From: Phyllobates terribilis
Lineage: Eukaryota
Direction: 5' to 3'
NCBI RefSeq assembly: GCF_046119375.1
Contig: NW_027362771.1
Location: 459,358,001-459,422,000 of the forward strand
Length of the DNA stretch: 64,000 bases
Below, piece after piece: positions 24,519-35,532 of the stretch (positions are counted from its first letter, which is position 1; every line of letters begins with the position of its first letter). Below the pieces are notes generated by a model. That model did not search any database, was not told the origin of the DNA, and saw nothing but the letters and a program-made list of their open reading frames with translations. The position numbers were made by a program, and so were the translations under genes.

Positions 24519-25519
24519 TGACGCGCCCCTGGGCCTGTGTCGCGCTGCGTTGCGCACGCGGGAGCTTACCCGGAGCCGGATCTGTTGAGGGTTGTAGTCT
24601 CGTGGCGGTGACCCGGTCCGTGCCCAGGGAGTCAAACTGAGCGGCGATGTATCAGCGGTAGATGTTGGACGACTACGCCACCCGTTGAGTACAGCTAAGA
24701 AGCTGCTGCTGCAGGGCAGACCGCTGAGGCCGGTGGTAGGATTGTGCAGCGTGATAGTATAACCCCCAACGGGAGGGGTATGGCCTCAGGGCAGCCGACG
24801 TGGATGATGGGGGTAGCAGGAACCACTCGGAGACGGTACGGTGTAGTTCAGGGTCTTTACTGGTGACAAAGATAGACCCTCCCGGAGTACTGGCTAGCGA
24901 TTGGGGCCTGGTCAGTCCTTGAGCAGATGGGATCTCCCCTGGCCAGGCGGAGTTGTAGGCCTCCCAAACTAACTGTACTCTTCTGGCTACCTTGCTAGAG
25001 GCTGGTATAAGTAGCCCACGTCCCTCAGTGTACCGTGTGGTGCTCACCCGTATGGCCGGTGACTCGAGGCCTTCTAGTAGCTTCCGCTCCACGACGGCGG
25101 TGCTGGTCCCATGCGTGTGACCGTGCCTTCGGGTTTCTTGGCCAGAGGACCTGGAATCCCCTGCCTGACGGATTCTGCTGCTGGGTAGGAGTTAGTCCCC
25201 ACAGCCTCGGACTCCGGGTCCGGTAAGAAATCTTCTCAGTCAGGGCGAGCTCTGCAGCTGCCAGCCCCTGACTCCTTGTAACACTGCTCCCACAGAGCTC
25301 CTGATGTTCTGTTCCTATATTTGCTTCTTTTCTCTGTCTCTACTTCTTCTCTACTCACTAACCCTGCCTCAGCCCCAGTTTTATATAGGGGAAGTTCTTC
25401 CCCTCCCAGGACTGTGCAGGAGGTGTGGCATGCATAGGATTCCTGACCAAGAGACCTCCCACCTGCTCTCAGACATAATATCTCTATCACTGTGGCAACC
25501 AGACCCCTGGGGTGTCACA
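24519..25519 (-). repeat. 5' LTR
   Basis: Direct repeat of 17667-18667; TATA-like TATATAAAA on the minus strand near 25379-25387. Confidence 0.95.
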
Positions 25520-26084
25520 GTCGCACTGCAGGGGTCATCTTCAATTCCTTACCCCATTTAAACTGCTTGGCCCAAACCTTTACTTGGCAGTAGGAAGGTG
25601 CATCATCACCATATACAGCAATCATTCTTTCATGGGTTTCTCTACACTTCTTTTCTTCCTTTGTAAGGAATTTAATCATGGAACAAAGCTCCAAATCCCT
25701 CACTTTCTTTGTAAAGCCGCACTGTACTGCACTTGCCATCCTGTCACTTCCAGTGCGCTCATCAGACTGAACTTCTACTATGTTGTTGCATATCCCGACA
25801 TGTCTCAACATGCACAGAAAAGCTCAGCTCCCTAAAGCTATGTTCACACGAGGCGTTTTTTCAGCGTTTTTTATGCAAATTTTCAGCTGCGCTTTACAAT
25901 ACCAGCAAAGTCTATGAGATTTCAGAAATCTCATGCACACACATTGTTTTTTTTGTCATCAGTTATTTGAGCTTTGCACGCAGGTATCAGGTTTTGCAGC
26001 GTTTTTTGTGCCAAAACTTGATGAAGTTGAATAGGCAATTTTTTTTTTTGGCACTAAACTTTATCAGCATGCATAAAGAGACAA

Positions 26085-29000
26085 ATGGACAGTGAAGTCG
26101 ATCGCAGCATTACGGTGGCAGGGGGGAGGTGATCGGTATACTTACCTCTCCTGCCGGCGTCCAGCGATGTCTGCGGTGGCTTCCGGATGTTGCTATGATG
26201 ACCCGATGTCGTCATGACAACATCCGGGTCACCAGGAGGCAGGACGTTAGTTTGGTCATGCGCAGTGCGCGACCAAAGTAATGTCTCCCCTGTGTGCAGC
26301 ACTGACAGGCTGCATGACAAAGGGAGCTGCTGCTCTCTATGCCATGCAGCCGATCAGGCTGCAAAAAGTGAAAGTCCCATAGTGGGACAATGTGTAAAAG
26401 TAAAAAAAAAAGTAGAAAAGTGAAAAAAAAAATTGCAAAAATATAAAAAAAAAAAGAAAAAAATAATCCCTAAAAAATAAAAATATATTGAACCCATAAT
26501 ATTTATTTATTATGAAAAAAAACAACAAAACAATAAAAGTACACATATTTGGTATCTCCGCGTCTGGAACGACCTGACCTATAAAACTGTCCCACTAGTT
26601 AACCCCTTTAGTGAACACGGTAAAAAAAAAAAAAAAAAATGAAGCAAAAAACAATGCTTTATCATCATACCGCCAAACAAAAAATGTAATAACACGCGAT
26701 CAAAAACATGAATGTAAATAAAATTGGTACCGCTAAAAACGTCATCTTGTCCCGCAAAAAAAAAGCCACCACACAGCTCCATTGTCCGAAAAAAAAAAAG
26801 TTATAGGTCTCAGAATAAAGCGATACAAAAAAATTATTTTTTCTAGAAAATCGTTTTTATTGTGTAAAAGCGGCAAAGCATAAAAAAACTATATAAATTC
26901 GGTACCGCTGTTAATGCACTTACCCAAAGAATAACGCTGCATTATCAATTTTACCACACGCGGAACGGCATAAAAAAAAACGCAAAAAAACAATTCCTTA
27001 ATTGTTGGTTTTTGTTTATTCTGCCTCCCAAAAATCAGAATAGAAAGCAATCAAAAAATGTCATGTGCCCGAAAATGGTACCAATAAAAACGTCAACTTG
27101 TCCCGCAAAAAACAAGCCATCACATGACTCTGTCGGCCAAAATATGGAAAAATTATAGCTTTCAAAATATGGTGATGCAAACACTAGTCTTTGCAAAAAA
27201 AACGTCTTTTAGTGTGTGACAGCTGTCAGTCATAAAAACCCGATATGAATCTGGTATTGCTGTAATCACACCGACCCGAAAAATAAAGTAGTCTAATCAC
27301 TTATACCGCACAAGGAATGGTGTAAAAAAATAAACTAATGACCTAATGTTTTCAAATTCTGTTGTACCTTTGGGTTCAAAATGTACACTATACCCCTTGA
27401 TAAAATTCTTGAGGTGTCTAGTTTCCAAAATGGGGTCACTTGTGGGGGGTTTCCACGATTTCGGCACATCAGGGGCTCCCGAAATGCAACATGGTGTCCG
27501 CTCTTGATTCCAGGCTTTTTTGTGTTCAAAAAGTCACACAGTGCTCCTTCCCTTCTGAACCCTGACGTGCGCCCAAACAGTGTATTTTCCACACATATGG
27601 GGTACTGGCGTACTCAGGAGAAATTGCACAACAGTTTTTGGGGTCCATTTTCTCCTCTTACCCTTGTGAAACTAAAAAAATTGGGGCAAAAAGATCATTT
27701 TTGTGGAAAAAGTTAGATTTTTTTATTTTCACGGCTTCATGTTCTAAACTTCTGTGAAGCACCTGGGGGTTAAGGGTGCTCACCACACATCCGCTAATTA
27801 TTCAAGCAAATTTTACATTCAAAAAGTCAAATGGCGCTCCTTCCCTTCCGAACCCTGCTGTGCGCCCAAACAGTGGTTTTCCCCCACATATGGGGTATCA
27901 GCTTACTCAGGAGAGATTGCACAACAAGTTTCATGGTGCAATTTCTCCTGTTACGCTTCTGAAAATGCAAAACTGGGGGCTGAAAAACATTTTTGTGGGA
28001 AAAATGTGAAAATTTTATTTTCACGGCTCCATGTTATAAACTTCTGTAAAGCACCTGGGAGCTCAAGATGCTCACTACACATCTAGATAAGTTCCCTGAG
28101 GGGTCTATTTTCCAAAATGGTGTCACTTGTGGGGGATTTCCACTGTTTAGGCACATCAGGGGCTCTCCAAACGCAACATGGTATCTGCTAATCAATCAAG
28201 CAAATTTTACATTCAAAAAGTCAAATGGCGCTCCTTCCCTTCCGAACCCTGCCGTGCGCCCAAACAGTGGTTTTCCCCCACATATGGGGTATCGGCTTAC
28301 TCAGGAGAGATTGCACAACAAGTTGCATGGTGCAATTTCTCCTGTTACCCTTATGAAAATGCAAAACTGGGGGCTGAAAAACATTTTTGTGGGAAAAATG
28401 TGAAAATTTTATTTTCACGGCTCCATGTTATAAACTTCTGTGAAGCACCTGGGGTTTCAAGATGCTCACCACACATCTAGATAAGTTCCCTGAGGGGTCT
28501 AGTTTCCAAAATGGTGTCACTTGTGGGGGGTTTCCACTGTTTAGGTACATCAGGGGCTCTCCAAACGCAACATGGCGTCCGCTAATTATTCAAGCAAATT
28601 TTACATTCAAAAAGTCAAATGGCGCTCCTTCCCTTCTGAGCCCTGCTGTGCGCCCAAACAGTGTTTTTTCCCCACGTATGGGGTATCTGCGTACTCAGGG
28701 GGAATTGCACAACAAATTTTGTGGTCCATTTTTTCTTGTTACCCCTGCAAAAATAAAAAAATTGGGGCCTAAAGTAACATTTTTGTGAAAAAAGTAAAAT
28801 GTTCATTTTTTTCTTCCCCATTCCAAAAACTCCTGTGTAGCACGTGAAGGGTTAATAAACTTCTTGAATGTGGTTTTGAGCACCTTGAGGGGTGCAGTTT
28901 TTAGAATGGTGTCACTTTTGGGTATTTTCTGTCATAAAGGCCCCTCAAAGTCACTTCAAATGTGATGTGGTCCCTAAAAAAATGGTTTTGTAAATTTTGT

Positions 29001-29410
29001 TGGAAAAATGAGAAATCGCTGAACCACTTTTAACCCTTATAGCGCACAAATAAAAAAAATTTTTGGTTCCAAAATTGTGCTGATGTAAAGTAGACATGTG
29101 GGAAATGTTATTTATTAACTATTTTGTGTGATATATGTCTCTGATTTAACGGAATAAAAATTCAAATCTTGAAAATTGTGAAATTTTCAAACTTTTCGCC
29201 AAATTTCCAATTTGTTCACAAATAAACGCAAGTGATATCAAAGAAATTTTACCACTGTCATGAAGTACAATATGTCACGAAAAAACAGTCTCAGAATCAG
29301 CGGGATCTGTTGAAGCGTTCCAGAGTAATTACCTCATAAAGTGACAGTGGTCAGAATTGTAAAAATTGGCCCGGTCATTAACGTGCAAACCACCCTCGGG
29401 GGTAAAGGGG
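26085..29410. mobile_element. Non-autonomous piggyBac-like element with internal ~290-400-bp tandem repeats
   Basis: Right end ...GGTAAAGGGG|CTAA (degenerate TTAA). The last ~550 bp and the 394-bp repeat unit are shared with the element at 40930-45552. Left end not resolved. Confidence 0.7.
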
Positions 29411-30624
29411 CTAAACACTCCTTGTATAGATGCTATCATGATTAAAGGGAGTTTATCAGCAGAGAATAACTGTTGAAACCAAGTACAGGTGCTCAGTGCT
29501 TTATGGTGTGTCAAAAATTGAAGTGCACCCTCCCATCTACTTGTTTTCCTGCTATTTCTGCACTTCTCTGTCAATCAAAGAAAAAAGGAGGGTGGGGTGG
29601 AGATAGAGATGAACCAAGTAGGTGGGAAGGTGCACTTACATGTTAGGCCATGCAATGGGTCACAGTCACTGAGCATCAGTACTTGGTTTGAACAGTCATT
29701 CTGTACTGTCCCTTTAAGGACAAATATAGGTCCAAAGCATGTTGGGTAATGCAGATATTTATTTCTTGATTATGTTTTATGAATTTAAAAAATGCTGCTA
29801 AAGCAAAACAGTGAAGACGTTTTTTGTCTCTATTGGCTGGTCCATTCACATTTGTTTCTACCGGCCATTTATACAGGCAGGCTGTGCTCCAGAAGAGCAG
29901 ACAACTATTAGTTAAAGATCGCTCAGTGCACATAGGCTGCCATTGCTCTCAGCAGCACAGGTCCTGTTCACACAGAGAATGATGATCTGTCGGGAGAACC
30001 AAGAGATCATTTCACCTGACGTTTAGCTTGTTCGTCGTGTGATCAGCAGCCTGTTTAGACTGAATGAATGTTGTGAAACGAGCGCTCCTTGGAATCCTTC
30101 TTCATGATAATCGTGCAGTATAAATGCAGCGTAACCGTTAGGCAACCTAATTAACTTTACATTAGTTTGCAAGTCTCAAGTAGGTTTATTTGACTTTGTA
30201 TCACTAGGGATATTAGTTCAACTTTTTTTTAGAGCCTCAACTGAAATAACTGTCGGTTATGACAGCTATATATGGGGAGTGTAGCTCCACTATCGGATGA
30301 CATATCCCAAAACAGCCTGAAGTTAGAAGGAGTGGATTACCAGGCTGTGGGGCTCTGCATTTCCTTCTAGACCTGGAGTTTTATTGTGCACATTACAGTC
30401 TGCTCCGTTTCATACCAAAAGCTTCGCGGCTGTCTTTTTTTCTTACAGAAATCAGGTGTGCTGAATTAAACTTGTTTATAAAACGCCTGCTGGAAGCACA
30501 GCGCAGCGCCGGCGTGCCAACATTCCATGCGCTGCCAGTTCATGCTGATTCTGTGTGTCAGCCGCAGCTGTGCGCCTTCTCCTAGGTATAATAGTGCAGG
30601 CAAATTCCACATATTAACCCCTAG

Positions 30625-30844
30625 AAATAGAGGTTCTCCAGTTGTTCTCTTATATGATATTATTACATATTCTGTTTAACCTTTCCTTGGAATATCTGTT
30701 TCTGGAAAAACTCAAGAGAGAACCAATATTACCATTGTTCAGTGACCATTACCCACTTAGACTAGTAAATGGCAGCTCTGATTATGCAGTTATTCTTCCC
30801 CTTCTATATTATAAACTAGTCAGATTTAGCTTTCTGGACCGAAG
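30625..30844 (+). CDS. Candidate host-gene exon
   Basis: 72 open codons in AT-rich unique DNA (IEVLQLFSYMILL...PLLYYKLVRFSFLDR). Consensus donor GAAG|gtaagt; moderate acceptor aacccctag. Confidence 0.35.
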
Positions 30845-32075
30845 GTAAGTCAAGTGAAAACTTCTGTGGAAGCTGAAGAGGAAACAGATATAGTTTAGAA
30901 ATGGCAGAAGAATAGACAATGAGAAACCCAAGAACATTAGATACATATGATCATTATAGTGGATAGCTGGGTAAGTGATAACTTGATTTCACCGAACAAC
31001 CCCTTTAAGTAGGAGAATTTATGGTCGTCCAGGATGCTGCTGTCTTGACTACTTCTCATATTTTAGCACAGTTCTATCATGATTTTGCTGTCTCTTTCTA
31101 CGGATCATAAGGGATCAGCTCCCTACTGTGCTGACAGTCACTGTAACTGAGAAGTCTGTCCCCATCAGCCTTGCAGAGACTTTTTTTGGTGCGCTCCTCT
31201 TTTTTCACACTAACGGCTCCCTCACACAAGCACATGTGGCCATATTGTCAGTATGGGTTCGTTCACACCACCTTATAAATCGGAAGAGTACTATCCAATG
31301 ATTTATCGAATAGCACTCGGACCAATGTTATTCAATGGGGCAGTGCTGATGCCCGATTTTTTTCACTGACAAAATCTGTCTGCGAAAAAAATAACAGCAT
31401 GCTGCAATTTCACTTTGACACCAGATGCCACTTACCCATTCAAGTCTATGAGTGTGTGGAAAACATCAGATTGCACTCGGATGACATCTGAGTGCAGTCC
31501 AATTTCTGTGGCTTCTCAGAATGGAAAAGATGGAAAAATGTTGTTCTCCATCTTCTCCTCACAGGGTGCTCAGATTCTCTCATCTGAGAAAATCTGATAA
31601 CTTTATGCTGACACTCGGATCAAACTCTGATCAGATTTTCTTCTAGTGTCATTAGCATAATTGGCCCGATTCTCTCAGATGAGAGAATATATGGTCATGT
31701 GCAAGAGCACTGCTACCCAGTCCATTGATTTATCCTTCTCCTTCTTCAGACTGCCTTGTATGTGCGCTTATCTCCCTATCTAAAATGATGTACAGTATAG
31801 CCTTATCAGGAGACTTAAATGCTTTGTTCTGCCTTGAAAACTCTGCTTTGTTGTTCCTCTCTCCTGCTATCTCTAACACTAAAAAAGGGGAAGGGAGAAA
31901 GCAGACAGAACTGACACATCCAGTGCTGTTGGAGCTATGTTAGATACATCAGGACAGCCAGCTATGTGAAATAGCTGCACAGAGCCCTTCACAATAACAA
32001 TTTGCTTTAAAGCTTGATTTATCAGCACTGGCACATCGGATTACTGCAAAACATCGTTTTTGGTTGCTGTACTAG

Positions 32076-35000
32076 TGACGCACCCCCTGGGCCATGTTCA
32101 AGGGATACCCGGAGCCGGATCTGGATGGGGGTAGTAGTCCTTGTGGCGGTGACCCGGTCCGTGCCCAGGGAGTCAAACTAAGTGGCGAGTCTATTAGCAG
32201 TAGATGTTGGATGACTACGCCACCCGTTGAATGCAGCTTTGGAGCTGCCGCTGCAGGGCAGACCGCTGAGGCCGGTGGAAGGATGGTGCAGCGGGGATGG
32301 TATAACCCCCAACGGGAGGGGTATGGCCTCAGGGCAGCCGACGTGGATGATGGGGGTAGCAGGAACCACTCAGAGACGATGCGTGTAGTTCAGGGTCTTT
32401 ACTGGTGACAAAGATAGACCCTCCCGGAGTACTTGCTAGCGATCGGGGCCTGGTCAGTCCTTGAGCAGATGGGATCTCCCCTGGCCAGGCGGAGTTGTAG
32501 GCCTTCCCAGCTAACTGTACTCTTCTGGCTACCTTGCTAGAGGCGGGTAAAAGTAGCCCACGTCCCTGAGTGTACCGTGTGGTGCTCACCCGTATGGCCG
32601 GTGACTCGGGGCCTTCTAGTAGCTTCCGCTCCACGACGGCGGTGCTGGTCCCATGCGTGTGACCGTGCCTTCGGGTTTCTTGGCCAGAGGACCTGAAATC
32701 CCCTGCCTGACGGATTCTGCTGCTGGGTAGGACTTAGTCCCCACAGCCTCGGACTCCGGGTCCGGTAAGAAATCTTCTCAGTCAGGGCGAGCTCTGCAGC
32801 TGCCAGCCCCTGACTCCTTGTAACACTGCTCCCACAGAGCTCCTGTTGTTTCTTCCCATAGCTGCTTCTCTTCTCTGTCTCTACTCCTGGCATGGCCCAG
32901 GAGCTGGGCCCAGCCGGAGCCACAGCTCCCTGTCAGCCCTCCTGGCTGAACTCTCCCTCTGAACTCTCTAACCCTGCCTCAGCCCCAGGTTTATATAGGG
33001 GAAGTTCTTCCCCTCCCAGGACTGGGCAGGAGGTGTGGCATGCATAGGATTCCTGACCAAGAGACCTCCCACCTGCTCTCAGACATAACATTGCCGTTAC
33101 TGTGGAAACCAGACCCCTGGGGTGCCACATTCCCCCCTAGTGAAATTTAGTACTCCGGGACTAAACATATTTTTAGAAAAACATAACAAGGTATAAACAA
33201 TAATAATACAATAAGAAAAACACATAAAGATGGTTACGGCGTGTCCGCAACCGGGTGCAGTTTTTGAAGAAAAGCAAGGTGTCCATTTCACCAAAACAGG
33301 GAGACGTAACCAGGTAGGGGTCTGTCCTGCCCCGAGTCCTTAACAGTCTTTAGTCCGTCCTGGGTTACGCTCCAACTATGTACAAAGGATTCCCGGCAAA
33401 TCCACCAAAGACTCCCATAAATTACTAGAAACACATAATTATTTACAGGATATGGCCGCTCTCAGTCCTCGGCCAGTGGGGATAAGGAATGGCTGCTCAC
33501 AGTCCTCAGCCTGGTTTAAGATAGGGGCACATGGGGAACAATTCACTAATCCCAACGGGGACCATATTTTAATTAGCAGCAGTCCTTGTACCCTTACGGG
33601 TAACTATTTACAGCTCTTTATTCACGCTACTTCCCTTCAGTAGCTATGTCCTCTTTGTGCTCCCTCCTGAGGGTAGTCCTCAGACCCATCCGGGTCCTCT
33701 TGGCTTTCCTCGTATTGGTAGTACTGCAGCTCCTCCTCGGTTAGCTGGGTTAGTATCTCTGCGACAGTTCTCCTCCCAGGTGGCCAGGACTTTACCTCCC
33801 TTTGGGCTGCCCCGGTTAATTGGGCCACCAGGATGCTCACTTTTTGCTCCTCTGTGAGGGGGTACACCTGGAAGAGGCTATCCAGCTTTTCTCTAAAGTC
33901 ATGCAGGGTATGTGACTCCCCTGAGTACTGGGGTAGCCAGGCTGCCCCCGGGATATAGGGCATGGTGAAAGGCATGACCGCAACAGCGGTGGCGCTGGCG
34001 GGGGTTGAAGCGGTGAAGCTCTCCTCCGTATCCGACATCCTTCTCCCCCCTAGTGGACCGTGGCCTACCTTGCGATGATCCTCTTCCGTAGGCCGCGGCT
34101 CCGCAGTGGATCGTCAGGGTTGAGGACCTTCCGTCGCGCTCCTGTGACGTCGGCGTCTGCTGGGCTCCTTCCAGGACCTTACGCAACGTCCGGACGTGAG
34201 GCGGGGCTTCAGTTCTCGCGCGCTTTCGGAGTCCACGCCCCTCTTCTTCCCGCGCGGCGTCCTCAAGATGGCGTCCAATGGCGGGAAAACTCCACGTATG
34301 GCGGGAAGAAGGCTGAAGATGGCGCCGGATGGCGGGAAAACTCCACCGATGGCGGGAAGGAAGCGGAAGATGGCGCCGGATGGCAGGAATCTTCACCACA
34401 GGTAAGTTTGAACAGTCTTTTTCAGGCACGCAGTACCCGGTGGTTGCGGGCACGAAATCCTGCCGACTACGCCAAAGTTGACGCACCCCCTGGGCCATGT
34501 TCAAGGGATACCCGGAGCCGGATCTGGATGGGGGTAGTAGTCCTTGTGGCGGTGACCCGGTCCGTGCCCAGGGAGTCAAACTAAGTGGCGAGTCTATTAG
34601 CAGTAGATGTTGGATGACTACGCCACCCGTTGAATGCAGCTTTGGAGCTGCCGCTGCAGGGCAGACCGCTGAGGCCGGTGGAAGGATGGTGCAGCGGGGA
34701 TGGTATAACCCCCAACGGGAGGGGTATGGCCTCAGGGCAGCCGACGTGGATGATGGGGGTAGCAGGAACCACTCAGAGACGATGCGTGTAGTTCAGGGTC
34801 TTTACTGGTGACAAAGATAGACCCTCCCGGAGTACTTGCTAGCGATCAGGGCCTGGTCAGTCCTTGAGCAGATGGGATCTCCCCTGGCCAGGCGGAGTTG
34901 TAGGCCTTCCCAGCTAACTGTACTCTTCTGGCTACCTTGCTAGAGGCTGGTAAAAGTAGCCCACGTCCCTGAGTGTACCGTGTGGTGCTCACCCGTATGG

Positions 35001-35532
35001 CCGGTGACTTGGGGCCTTCTAGTAGCTTCCGCTCCACGACGGCGGTGCTGGTCCCATGCGTGTGACCGTGCCTTCGGGTTTCTTGGCCAGAGGACCTGAA
35101 ATCCCCTGCCTGACGGATTCTGCTGCTGGGTAGGAGTTAGTCCCCACAGCCTCGGACTCCGGGTCCGGTAAGAAATCTTCTCAGTCAGGGCGAGCTCTGC
35201 AGCTGCCAGCCCCTGACTCCTTGTAACACTGCTCCCACAGAGCTCCTGTTGTTTCTTCCCATAGCTGCTTCTCTTCTCTGTCTCTACTCCTGGCATGGCC
35301 CAGGAGCTGGGCCCAGCCGGAGCCACAGCTCCCTGTCAGCCCTCCTGGCTGCACTCTCCCTCTGAACTCTCTAACCCTGCCTCAGCCCCAGGTTTATATA
35401 GGGGAAGTTCTTCCCCTCCCAGGACTGGGCAGGAGGTGTGGCATGCATATGATTCCTGACCAAGAGACCTCCCACCTGCTCTCAGACATAACATTGCCGT
35501 TACTGTGGAAACCAGACCCCTGGGGTACCACA
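32076..35532 (-). mobile_element. Non-autonomous internally deleted relative of the 17667-25519 Gypsy family (3457 bp)
   Basis: 1054-bp LTRs at 32076-33129 and 34479-35532 (~7 mismatches seen), TSD CTAG, tRNA-Ser PBS 34456-34474 (19-nt match), PPT, 1349-bp interior without pol. Confidence 0.95.
33637..34038 (-). CDS. Chimeric mini-ORF: first ~98 aa of Gag fused to a 35-aa acidic tail
   Basis: Near-identical to Gag of 23098-24078 up to EILTQL, then TEEELQYYQYEESQEDPDGSEDYPQEGAQRGHSY*. Confidence 0.7.
   Translation of the reverse strand: MSDTEESFTASTPASATAVAVMPFTMPYIPGAAWLPQYSGESHTLHDFREKLDSLFQVYPLTEEQKVSILVAQLTGAAQREVKSWPPGRRTVAEILTQLTEEELQYYQYEESQEDPDGSEDYPQEGAQRGHSY

Larger units (their letters stand above)
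17667..25519 (-). mobile_element. Full-length Ty3/Gypsy LTR retrotransposon (7853 bp), recent insertion
   Basis: Two 1001-bp LTRs (3 mismatches seen by eye), 4-bp TSD GTCG (17663-66 / 25520-23), PBS, PPT, gag, and pol in PR-RT-RH-IN order. Confidence 0.97.
17525..25811 (-). pseudogene. mariner transposase N-terminal remnant, split by the Gypsy insertion (pieces ~17525-17666 and 25520-25811)
   Basis: ELCSMIKFLTKE...HERMIAVYGDDAPSYCQVKVWAKQFKWG on the right joins RPVEASSEQMCHKVETMILEERRFKVSVIAHEL on the left: the two HTH motifs of a mariner transposase. Confidence 0.8.

Noticed and set aside
34456-34474. tRNA genes (Ser here and at 24496; Ala at 62200)
   Set aside because: Only 18-19-nt complements of tRNA 3' ends including CCA, adjacent to LTRs: these are primer-binding sites, not genes.
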